In this document: positions 31,153 to 39,256 of the stretch, piece by piece
Layout: each line of letters opens with the position of its first letter
Position numbering within the stretch: the first letter of the stretch is position 1
NCBI GenBank assembly: GCA_022824835.1
Contig: JAJDZB010000074.1
Span: 13,260-77,259, forward strand
From: Candidatus Poribacteria bacterium
Lineage (GTDB): Bacteria; Poribacteria; WGA-4E; WGA-3G
Direction of reading: 5' to 3'
Length of the DNA: 64,000 bases
Program-made: the position numbers and the translations under genes
Notes under the pieces: generated by a model
Databases searched by the model: none
Told to the model about the DNA's origin: nothing
The model's input: only the letters and a program-made list of their open reading frames with translations

Positions 31153-34100
31153 TTAGGAAGAAAGACCTAATGAACACACGATTTTGGGTTCTTGCGTTTG
31201 GATTTCTTCTTCAACAATGCAGAGTCGTCCATCGTCCCATAAACCGATCACTAATTCAGCAAGTTTTTCGTTGGAAATACCAGAGCGAAGTTGTCGATTA
31301 AGAATATCTTTTGCCACTGGACGTAGCGGGTAACGATAGATATTTTCTATTACTTGTTTGAGTTCTGGTATTGCGAAGAGAGTCCCTTCTACTTCTGATG
31401 CATAATCTTTTAATCGTTCATAAGTGCGGAAACGTGCTCCAGTTGATCGTCCGAGTTGTCCACCAATTGATCTGCCCTCAGAGACAATGAGTTTTGCTGC
31501 TTCCTCTACAAGGTGATGGTGTTCCTCCAAAGGTTGTAGTGCTTCTGTATCAGGTTTGCATTCTGCTGCTTGTAGAATAGTGAACTGTGATTCTGTTACA
31601 CTCTCTCCATTTTTGTTTATCCATGCCAGCGCGTCGTTATCATCTCCGGTTCTGATATATACCAATGCACCTTCAGGTTGTGTATCTGTGGGTGAGTGCG
31701 GTTTAGTTGAATAAACAACAGATGGGAGTTTGGTGATGATTTTCTCTAAATCTGGGTTTTCGGTAATAGCGTTTTTCCATATCTGGTAGGCGTGAGATGC
31801 AAGGTCTACGTCATTATCCATATCGTCATCAAGTAGTCCAGCATTTTCATGATACAAGTTAACGATTGCTTGGTTTCCATTCTCCCCGTCATCTTCAAAA
31901 AAAGCTTCGTCTGTTCCGACAACCTCAGCGTTTTCTTGTAGACGTGCACGTACGCGTCCGCGTAGATGTATGATACGTTCAACACCTTGTGCGGGTAAAA
32001 AGGAGTAGCACAGTATTTCTTCTGCAGTTTGACCGATTCTGTCAACGCGTCCAGCGCGTTGGACTAAACGTATAATTGCCCACGGCAGATCGTAGTTTAC
32101 GACTATTGCACAGTCCTGTAGATTCTGACCTTCACTCAGAACATCCGTGCTGATGAGGAGGCGCAATTCATCTTCTTTTCTGAAAGCCCCTTTTTTGTTA
32201 TTGCTAATAGGACTGAATCGGGTTGCCAACCACGTAGGATTAGCAGAATCACCGGTAGCTGCTGCTAAGTGAGTCAAACCGCGTTTATCTAATGCTGCTT
32301 TTAGATAATGTACAGTATCAGCGAATTGGGTGAAAACTAAAACCTTTGTATCGGGATGTGTTTGCGTTAATAGTTCCTCAAGAGCGTTAAGTTTGGCATC
32401 TTTTGACTCATCCCAATCACCGTATAGTTGTAGAATCTGGATCAGTGCTTCTGCGTCTTGCGTAAGTTGTTTCTTTAGGATCGGTAAGAATAGATCAGAA
32501 CGGATCCACTTAAAACGGGTGCTGTACTTTGTCAAATAGATTTGATAAATAGCAGCAGCGCGTTCTTTGTATTTTTCAATTGTATACAAATTGGAATGGG
32601 AATCGGTTGTATCAATTAATTCGTCATCCTCATCATCTGAAGTAGCTGAAATGAGATTGACATCATCGTTGTCTGTATCGTTAAATCGTGTATCAAGCAT
32701 AGATGCATCAAGTCCACCGATTGGAAATGGTTCGCCGTTTTCAATTGCATATAAGAAGATATAGTTTCGTAGAATGTGTCGATCAACAGACTGTAAAAAT
32801 GCTTTTCCACTACTTTCAAGCCGTTTGAATAGATTAGTTCGGCAAAATCCCATCAACCGTTTTCCACCACGTGATAGGTCTTGTAGTCGTTCTTTTTCAG
32901 TTTCGGTAGGTGGTTCTGCTGGTGCATCATCAATGTAATTTGCCAGTTCATAACGTGCCAAGTTAAGTCTGTTTATGATATTCACTACATTTTCTGAATA
33001 TAATTGTGCATAAGTGTCGTCAGGATTTTTGTCGTCAATTGTGAACGCAACTGTTTTGGGTGCGCGTGTTGGGAAGTAGGATCGTGTTCCACCTGGAAAC
33101 AGTAGGTATTTTCTTTTTGAGTTGGTATCTTCTTCAGCATAGTTTTGCATGATGAAGCTGCGTGTTCTTCGGACAAGGTATCGCCGCATCAGTTCTCTCC
33201 AATCGTCAATTTCTTCGCTTTTTTCAAACGCTGCGAGGGTGTTTGTCCCGCATTGATGATCACTAAGGAATTTTAGTTCACCAACTTTATTGATGCAATG
33301 GTCTGGACGTATACCGAGGTCTTCAGTTTCATCAACAAAAAGGCGGAGTTGATTTGAGAGATCAAGGAATGATTTGTTGTATGGTGTGGCAGAGAGGAGA
33401 ATGACTTTACTTTCATTTTGCTGGATATAGTCTTGAATTGCTCGGTAACGTTTGCCTTCTCGGTTTCTAAGATTGTGGCTTTCATCAATCATGACTAATC
33501 TGTAACGTCTGAGATCGGGGAGTTCGTTTTGCACTTGACTTATTGAAAGCACTTTTCCACGTAAACGGTATTCTTCACGATAATATTCCCACATCTGGAC
33601 AAGGTTCTTTGGGCAGATGATAAGTGTTTCAAGATCATCCTTGTCTTCCATTATCCTTGCCAGTGCTGTTCCCATAAGTGTTTTACCCAGACCGACAACA
33701 TCACCGATAAGTACACCGTTACGTTTGTTTAGATGGTGTGCTGCGATTTTGACAGCAGCTGTTTGAAAGTCAAAAAGTTTGTCTTCAAAATCGCTTGGTA
33801 TACTGAATTCATTCAAGCCTGCGCGTGCTTCATGTGAAAGGTGATATGCCATTTTTATGTAGATATGATAGGGTGGAATCAACTCCTCACGTGCCCAACT
33901 CTGCTCAATGATTTCGGCTAATTCCTTAGATATATCTATGCACCATCTATCGTTCCATCTATCTTCGAACCAGTTTTGTAATTTCTGACAAGCGTCAGCA
34001 TCAAGCACATCAATGTTGAGTTCTCCCTGTTTTGAGAGTCCAGCGAGTGTTAGGTTACTACTGCCAAGGTAACCCACAATTGGTGCAGCAAGGTCTTGTC

Positions 34101-34539
34101 TGTGTAGTAGGTAAAGTTTGGCATGCAGTGGATGTTGTAGAAATAGTTTGACTTTTACTTTTTCGTTCCGAATTTGGTGTGCTAATTGGCGTAGACCGAT
34201 TTCGTCTTCACGTGTGGGGATTCCGATGGTTAATTGTTCCCGAAATTCCTCTGCTAACTTCTTTTTGATGCGGAGTGCAGTTTGATTATCTAATCTGTCT
34301 GTCTCTTTAATAACGTGCATGGCATGTCGTAGTTTTTCATTGGGGTTTTGATGCATTCCGACGAGTAAACGGCAGCATGCCTCATCTCCACCGTGCCAAT
34401 TTTCAATGTAATTTGCGAGTCTTTTCCAGCCTCTGAGGTTAAAATAACCCACGCAAAAATCTGCATGGGTAGAGGCTTCAAGGGTTTGTTGTAGTGCTTG
34501 AAGGAGCGGTTGGTCAATATTGTCAAAGATTCTGGGCAT
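31153..34539 (-). CDS. PLD-family (HKD) nuclease domain fused to an SNF2/SF2 helicase (1128 aa)
   Basis: The N-terminal ..ADFCVGYFNLRGW..HPLHAKLYLLHRQD..GYLGSSNLT is an HxK...GSxN PLD motif. Helicase motif I is GDVVGLGKT, motif II MIDESHNLRN, and motif VI QRAGRVDRIGQ. Confidence 0.75.
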   Translation of the reverse strand: MPRIFDNIDQPLLQALQQTLEASTHADFCVGYFNLRGWKRLANYIENWHGGDEACCRLLVGMHQNPNEKLRHAMHVIKETDRLDNQTALRIKKKLAEEFREQLTIGIPTREDEIGLRQLAHQIRNEKVKVKLFLQHPLHAKLYLLHRQDLAAPIVGYLGSSNLTLAGLSKQGELNIDVLDADACQKLQNWFEDRWNDRWCIDISKELAEIIEQSWAREELIPPYHIYIKMAYHLSHEARAGLNEFSIPSDFEDKLFDFQTAAVKIAAHHLNKRNGVLIGDVVGLGKTLMGTALARIMEDKDDLETLIICPKNLVQMWEYYREEYRLRGKVLSISQVQNELPDLRRYRLVMIDESHNLRNREGKRYRAIQDYIQQNESKVILLSATPYNKSFLDLSNQLRLFVDETEDLGIRPDHCINKVGELKFLSDHQCGTNTLAAFEKSEEIDDWRELMRRYLVRRTRSFIMQNYAEEDTNSKRKYLLFPGGTRSYFPTRAPKTVAFTIDDKNPDDTYAQLYSENVVNIINRLNLARYELANYIDDAPAEPPTETEKERLQDLSRGGKRLMGFCRTNLFKRLESSGKAFLQSVDRHILRNYIFLYAIENGEPFPIGGLDASMLDTRFNDTDNDDVNLISATSDDEDDELIDTTDSHSNLYTIEKYKERAAAIYQIYLTKYSTRFKWIRSDLFLPILKKQLTQDAEALIQILQLYGDWDESKDAKLNALEELLTQTHPDTKVLVFTQFADTVHYLKAALDKRGLTHLAAATGDSANPTWLATRFSPISNNKKGAFRKEDELRLLISTDVLSEGQNLQDCAIVVNYDLPWAIIRLVQRAGRVDRIGQTAEEILCYSFLPAQGVERIIHLRGRVRARLQENAEVVGTDEAFFEDDGENGNQAIVNLYHENAGLLDDDMDNDVDLASHAYQIWKNAITENPDLEKIITKLPSVVYSTKPHSPTDTQPEGALVYIRTGDDNDALAWINKNGESVTESQFTILQAAECKPDTEALQPLEEHHHLVEEAAKLIVSEGRSIGGQLGRSTGARFRTYERLKDYASEVEGTLFAIPELKQVIENIYRYPLRPVAKDILNRQLRSGISNEKLAELVIGLWDDGRLCIVEEEIQTQEPKIVCSLGLSS

Positions 34540-34636
34540 AGACTGGTGTTCCTTAATTTCTCATAGTAATTTTCGCTGTATTTTAACAGATACTACCAAT
34601 TTGTGCAAGTGCCTGGGGGCAACCGATGTCCGATTG

Positions 34637-34708
34637 GGGTGTGTAAATATTTTGTCATCTTTTTTCATAAGAGACGGCACTCGGAGAGTGCCTACTACTA
34701 TTAAGAGG
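34637..34708. repeat. MITE family D copy
   Basis: GGGTGTGTAAATATTTTGTCATC TTTTTTCATAAGAGACGGCACTCGGAGAGTGCCTACTACTATTAAGAG. Confidence 0.7.
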
Positions 34709-34852
34709 AATTATATCCATGCGTCTAACTCGGTAGGTGCGATTTCCTAATCAATGCAGAATACCAAACGCGTATTCTGCTTTATACGTCAATATTAGAA
34801 AATGTCTGGGTTATTGTGAACACTCTAAGGGCGCATGATTATTGAGATTGTC

Positions 34853-34974
34853 CCCTCTTTAGTCCCGTAGGGACGATATGTCATGCGACGGTATTTATAA
34901 ACATATCGTCCCTACGGGACTAAAGAGGAGGCGGGACATGTTTTCTATAAACATATCGTCCCTACGGGACTGAG
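34853..34974. repeat. REP-like hairpin cluster (three units, mixed orientation)
   Basis: Same units as at 26946-27068. Confidence 0.75.
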
Positions 34975-35231
34975 GTTACTATTAGATTGTGTTTGCCTTT
35001 TTAAATTGACGCATAAGGTGGTTGTAGAAAGAAGCACAATCAAGGATGAATGTGCTACAAAGAGAGGCACAATCTAACAGAATGTGCTACTTTGTTGCAG
35101 GCCTGTATCTTCTCAGAAGTCGTTGGATACGTTGGGGTAGACTGATAAAAGACATGATCAGTGTAAAAGATAAGGCTTGAAATCAGAGTTATACTGAATT
35201 CAAGCCTTATGAAGACAATCTATCTATGTAA

Positions 35232-36014
35232 TCAACGGGATTTAATGTTGCCCCATGTCGTGGTGAGTTTTGATTCGGGTTCTACAGACAGAAATTCACC
35301 ATCTTTTACCTGATTGATTTCGCTTTCAGATAATGCGCGTGCAAAAATGTAATAATCATCTAACAACCCTTGATACCATCTATCATTTTTGTGGTGTCCA
35401 ATTCCTGCGTTCACTCCCCATTCAGCAGATAGTTTTCCACTTCCCTTAACAGAGTGCGTTTCTTTACCATCAATATAGGTTTTCGCATCTCCACTGTCAC
35501 TATCATAGGTGCCTGCGAAATGAACCCATTCACCTGCATCAATTACGGGGCCCGGATTGATATTAAAGACAGTCGTATTTGTCTCGTTTCGGTGAAAAAA
35601 ACGGAATCCGCCAGGACGAATTTCCATGTGATAAAGTCCACTTTCAATTGTTGTACCAATGGCATCAAGCAATGTTTGCGGATTGGGGGAACCGTTATGG
35701 TTAACCCAGACTGCTAATGTAAATCCGTCTACTGGACCGTTCTCAAATTCCGGACCATTCATATTAACCCATATATTGGTATCTAAAGCGATGGCTTTTC
35801 CATAGACACCTTTTTCCCATGTAGCATTTCCCTGAACTTCGCCATCGTTCCCGTTTTTTGATCCATCTTTAACCGTTTTACTTTCTTCATCAAAGCTATA
35901 GTAAACGGACAGTGTCGGGTCATTTAAATCAGCCTGAACGGAAAATACACATGTCCCCAAAAATATCAATACGGTTAGAAAGATGGGTAGTTTCTTACTA
36001 ATGTTGATATACAT
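35232..36014 (-). CDS. Secreted LamG-like (concanavalin-A-like lectin/glucanase) domain protein
   Basis: Signal peptide; LSVYYSFDE...DGS.NGNDG..G.A.W..G..GKAIALD fits the pattern of a Laminin_G_3-type domain. C-terminus ..VEPESKLTTTWGNIKSR. Confidence 0.6.
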   Translation of the reverse strand: MYINISKKLPIFLTVLIFLGTCVFSVQADLNDPTLSVYYSFDEESKTVKDGSKNGNDGEVQGNATWEKGVYGKAIALDTNIWVNMNGPEFENGPVDGFTLAVWVNHNGSPNPQTLLDAIGTTIESGLYHMEIRPGGFRFFHRNETNTTVFNINPGPVIDAGEWVHFAGTYDSDSGDAKTYIDGKETHSVKGSGKLSAEWGVNAGIGHHKNDRWYQGLLDDYYIFARALSESEINQVKDGEFLSVEPESKLTTTWGNIKSR

Positions 36015-36036
36015 TTTCTACTCCTATATGTGTAAT

Positions 36037-36837
36037 TTAACGGGATTTAATATTTCCCCATGTGGTTGAGAGTTTATCTTGTGGTTCAACTGGTGTTACA
36101 AAGGCGCCTTCCATAATTTGCTGTATTTCATCTGCAGACACCGCGCGTGCAAAGATGTAATATTCATCTAGCATTCCGTTAAACCACCGAGCGTTCTTAT
36201 GGTGTCCGATTCCTGCCGAAACTCCCCAATTGGCTGCGAGTTCTCCCCCACCGACAGCACTGTGGGTTTCCTCACCATCAACATAAGTCTTTATCTCACC
36301 ACTTTCGGTATCATAAGTTCCTGCAAAATGAACCCACTTATTTGCCTCTAATACTGGACCAGGATTTATATTAAAGACAGTAGTATTCGTATGGTTTCTA
36401 TGGAAGAATCGGAATCCGCCAGGACGAATTTCCATGTGGAATAGTCCACTTCCATGGTCAGTACCGATTGCATCCAGGAGTGTCTGAGGATCAGATGAGC
36501 CTGTATGATTAACCCAAGTGGCTATTGTGAATCCGTCACTGGGAAGATTTTGAAATTCGGGACCGTTCATGTCAATCCACGAATCTGTTTCTAAGACAAT
36601 CGCTTTCCCCATTACACCGTCTGCTCTATTGACGTTGCCGACTATGGTTCCATCATTACCACTTAGGGAACCGTCAACGACAGTTTCACCTTCTCCATCA
36701 AAACTATAGTAGACAGAAAGTGTCTCATCACTCAGGTCAGCATTGACAGTGAATGTGAAAACAGATAGCAGGGCAGCTACTACAGTCAAGATTTGAAACG
36801 CTCTCATTAATTCAAAACGCATTTTATTATTCTCCAA
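36037..36837 (-). CDS. Secreted LamG-like domain protein, a paralog about 60% identical to 35232-36014
   Basis: Same architecture. C-terminus ..VEPQDKLSTTWGNIKSR. Confidence 0.6.
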   Translation of the reverse strand: MENNKMRFELMRAFQILTVVAALLSVFTFTVNADLSDETLSVYYSFDGEGETVVDGSLSGNDGTIVGNVNRADGVMGKAIVLETDSWIDMNGPEFQNLPSDGFTIATWVNHTGSSDPQTLLDAIGTDHGSGLFHMEIRPGGFRFFHRNHTNTTVFNINPGPVLEANKWVHFAGTYDTESGEIKTYVDGEETHSAVGGGELAANWGVSAGIGHHKNARWFNGMLDEYYIFARAVSADEIQQIMEGAFVTPVEPQDKLSTTWGNIKSR

Positions 36838-37141
36838 TTATTTGAGGTTTATAGTTATAGGTTGTGAAGGTCATTCTCCGTGTTGAGTGGATAATGCCTA
36901 TCATGACCTACATTGATTCTTACGACATATAAATTAGACATTCATTTTATCGATTTAATTTTGATGATCTTTTACCAACACCCTCCTGTTTATCACTTAT
37001 TATGCCACTTATTATGCAAAGGCGAATGTAACAACAAAAACCCGCAGCGATCCAAAATTGACGTGCGGGCAGCAGTAGAAGTACAAAACTATTAAAGTTG
37101 TTTTGTCGTAATGTGTTGTTATATTTAACAGTGACGTTTGC

Positions 37142-37153
37142 GGGGGGGGGGGG
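37142..37153. repeat. Homopolymeric G(12) tract in the 5' intergenic region of the LamG gene
   Basis: Direct reading: ttgcGGGGGGGGGGGGtct. Confidence 0.85.
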
Positions 37154-37446
37154 TCTAAAAACCGATGTTAAAACAGTAGTATCAAGCAGGGCACCAAAGC
37201 AATCTCTGCACAGACAATAGACATCTGGTGCGTTTATTTGGATAAAATGATGGTTCCTCTGTCGGTTATTCATTGTTCCTACTCAAAAAAAATTCCAAGA
37301 CTGTATACTAAAGAACATAGTAACGTCTTTTTCCTTCGGAATTTCAACTACAAATAGATTATACTTTATTTAACGTTTTCCATTTTACAAATCTTTCTGA
37401 TTTTTGTCAACAAAAAATGTTTCATACTTACAATCTACCTATTATT

Positions 37447-37599
37447 AATGTGAGTTTGATAATTAAATGCAATATTTGTTGTAGGTCGGGTAGAGGCACG
37501 AAACCCGACATGTATTGCTCTATAATGGGTCAAGATGTTGGGTTTCGTGCCTCAACCCAACCTACGTAGGTATTTGTTCTGATTTATCAAACTCACGTT
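37447..37599. mobile_element. MITE family A full copy
   Basis: aatgtgagtttgataattaaatgcaatatt...ttatcaaactcacgtt, about 90% identical to the 30645-30812 copy. Confidence 0.75.
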
Positions 37600-37824
37600 A
37601 TTATTAACAGGACTTACGCAAAATGACCAAATTTTACCTATTTTCACAGGATTCGGTACGGTTAGGAAACCGCACCTACCGGGGGGCTCACATAGCGGTT
37701 AGGAAACCGAACCTACCGGGGGTTCACATGTTTTTAGATTTTACTATAATAACACTTCTATTTCATGGACATGTGCCGATATCCTGTGTTATCATGTAAT
37801 AAAACGAAGAAGGAGATTGATATA

Positions 37825-38682
37825 ATGAAACATAGTGTTATAATTCGCTGCATGATTATATGTATCCTCTTTTCCGCAATGATGATCTTACCCGCTTATG
37901 CAACAGATGTGACTGTTGGATTTTTGGCAGGAAGCAATCAACTCGGTGAAGTAGAGGAAGCTGCTTATGAATGGGTAGCGGATACATTTCAGACGAAAAT
38001 GCTTATTGCTGATAAGAGTGGTAACTTTAAAACGAATAACGGGTCAGCGATGAAGTTAGACCAATTTGCTGTGTTATGGCTTTTCTATACAGAAACGAAC
38101 ACGTTGCCGGATCCCTTTCTTGAGAATGCAACGAAAAAGGAGCTCCTCGATTATTTGGAGGCGGGTGGTAGTATATTCCTCTCTGCACTCGGACTTAAAT
38201 ATGTTATAGATTTAGAGGTTGATGAAGGGAATGTACGTGTCTTTCAACCACTCGGTAAAGGTCCCCCCGAAATAGGTGTTATGGCAACTGATGATCATAA
38301 AGACCATCCTGTGTTTGAAGGTTTTGATACCGGTGATCCCATTTTTCTTACCAGTATGGATCAAGCAGGTTTTACCGCAGATTTCATCAATTTTAATGCA
38401 AGTCCTCCCGCGGGTAAGATACTTGGTATGAAAACGCGTGGTGGTGGTGCAGGTGCCGGAGAACGTCCACTTGTTGAATATGATGTGGATGATGGAAAAA
38501 TCATCACACTCGGACATCACAACGGGGTCTATACCGATACGAACTCTAAGGAGGGTGAGAACCTGAGAAAACTATCTGAGAACGTGCTTAATTACCTCGG
38601 TGAAACTTCTGTGTTTTTTGATGTTGAACCCGATGGGAAATTGGCAACTACATGGGGTCATCTGAAGTCTGCATTGAGATAG
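37825..38682 (+). CDS. Secreted protein with a glutamine-amidotransferase-class-I-like / DUF4159-like core and the same C-terminal tail as the LamG proteins
   Basis: The signal peptide MKHSVIIRCMIICILFSAMMILPAYA makes ATG 37825 preferable to 37765. C-terminus ..VEPDGKLATTWGHLKSALR. The fold assignment is tentative. Confidence 0.5.
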   Translation: MKHSVIIRCMIICILFSAMMILPAYATDVTVGFLAGSNQLGEVEEAAYEWVADTFQTKMLIADKSGNFKTNNGSAMKLDQFAVLWLFYTETNTLPDPFLENATKKELLDYLEAGGSIFLSALGLKYVIDLEVDEGNVRVFQPLGKGPPEIGVMATDDHKDHPVFEGFDTGDPIFLTSMDQAGFTADFINFNASPPAGKILGMKTRGGGAGAGERPLVEYDVDDGKIITLGHHNGVYTDTNSKEGENLRKLSENVLNYLGETSVFFDVEPDGKLATTWGHLKSALR

Positions 38683-38750
38683 TATTGTAAGTGTTCGCAT
38701 TAAAATCGTATTTTTGTAGAAGTGATCTCCAAATCGGAGATCCTCCTACA

Positions 38751-38883
38751 TAGTACGTATAGCGTGGGTTTGATAAATCAGATTTTCCCAGACATGTATT
38801 GCTCTATAATGGGTCAAGATGTTGGGTTTCGTGCCTCTACCCAACCTACGTAAGTTATTTGTTTGATTTATCAAACTCACGTA
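38751..38883. mobile_element. MITE family A copy
   Basis: agcgtgggtttgataa...ttatcaaactcacgta. Confidence 0.7.
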
Positions 38884-38908
38884 CTTACAGGTTAATTACA
38901 GATCACAA

Positions 38909-39256
38909 CTATAGCAGATCATCGTGCGGTTCTACTTGTCTAACGCCAATAGCTGGATTTAGACGAGAATGATGCATTAGCCAATAAGCAACAGTAACTA
39001 TTATTCCGCCAAAAAGTGTGGCAATTAACCATATCTCAGCCTGAACGAAAATAGCACTTCCCCTCTGCTTTGCATCCCGATATATGCCGATAGCAAAAGA
39101 GATATGTACAATTGCTACGAATATAATAAAGAAAAAACTCCAAAATCCTAATATAATTAACTCAAAGAATGCTAATCCCATGCCCATGATAATTCCTCCG
39201 TTTTGTTCTGGTATATGTTTAGATATTTCGTTTACATGTGTGTTGGTGAACTCCAC
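38909..39256 (-). CDS. Small integral membrane protein (3 TM helices)
   Basis: 115 aa and hydrophobic (..LAFFELIILGFWSFFFIIFVAIVHISFAIGIY.. ..IWLIATLFGGIIVTVAYWLM..). It lies directly downstream of the helicase gene, and the two genes may overlap. Confidence 0.5.
   Translation of the reverse strand: MEFTNTHVNEISKHIPEQNGGIIMGMGLAFFELIILGFWSFFFIIFVAIVHISFAIGIYRDAKQRGSAIFVQAEIWLIATLFGGIIVTVAYWLMHHSRLNPAIGVRQVEPHDDLL

Noticed and set aside
36913-37273. ORFs 36913-37095(+) and 36947-37273(-) in the LamG upstream region.
   Set aside because: No RBS and odd composition. They overlap the poly-G tract and a MITE. Treated as non-coding.
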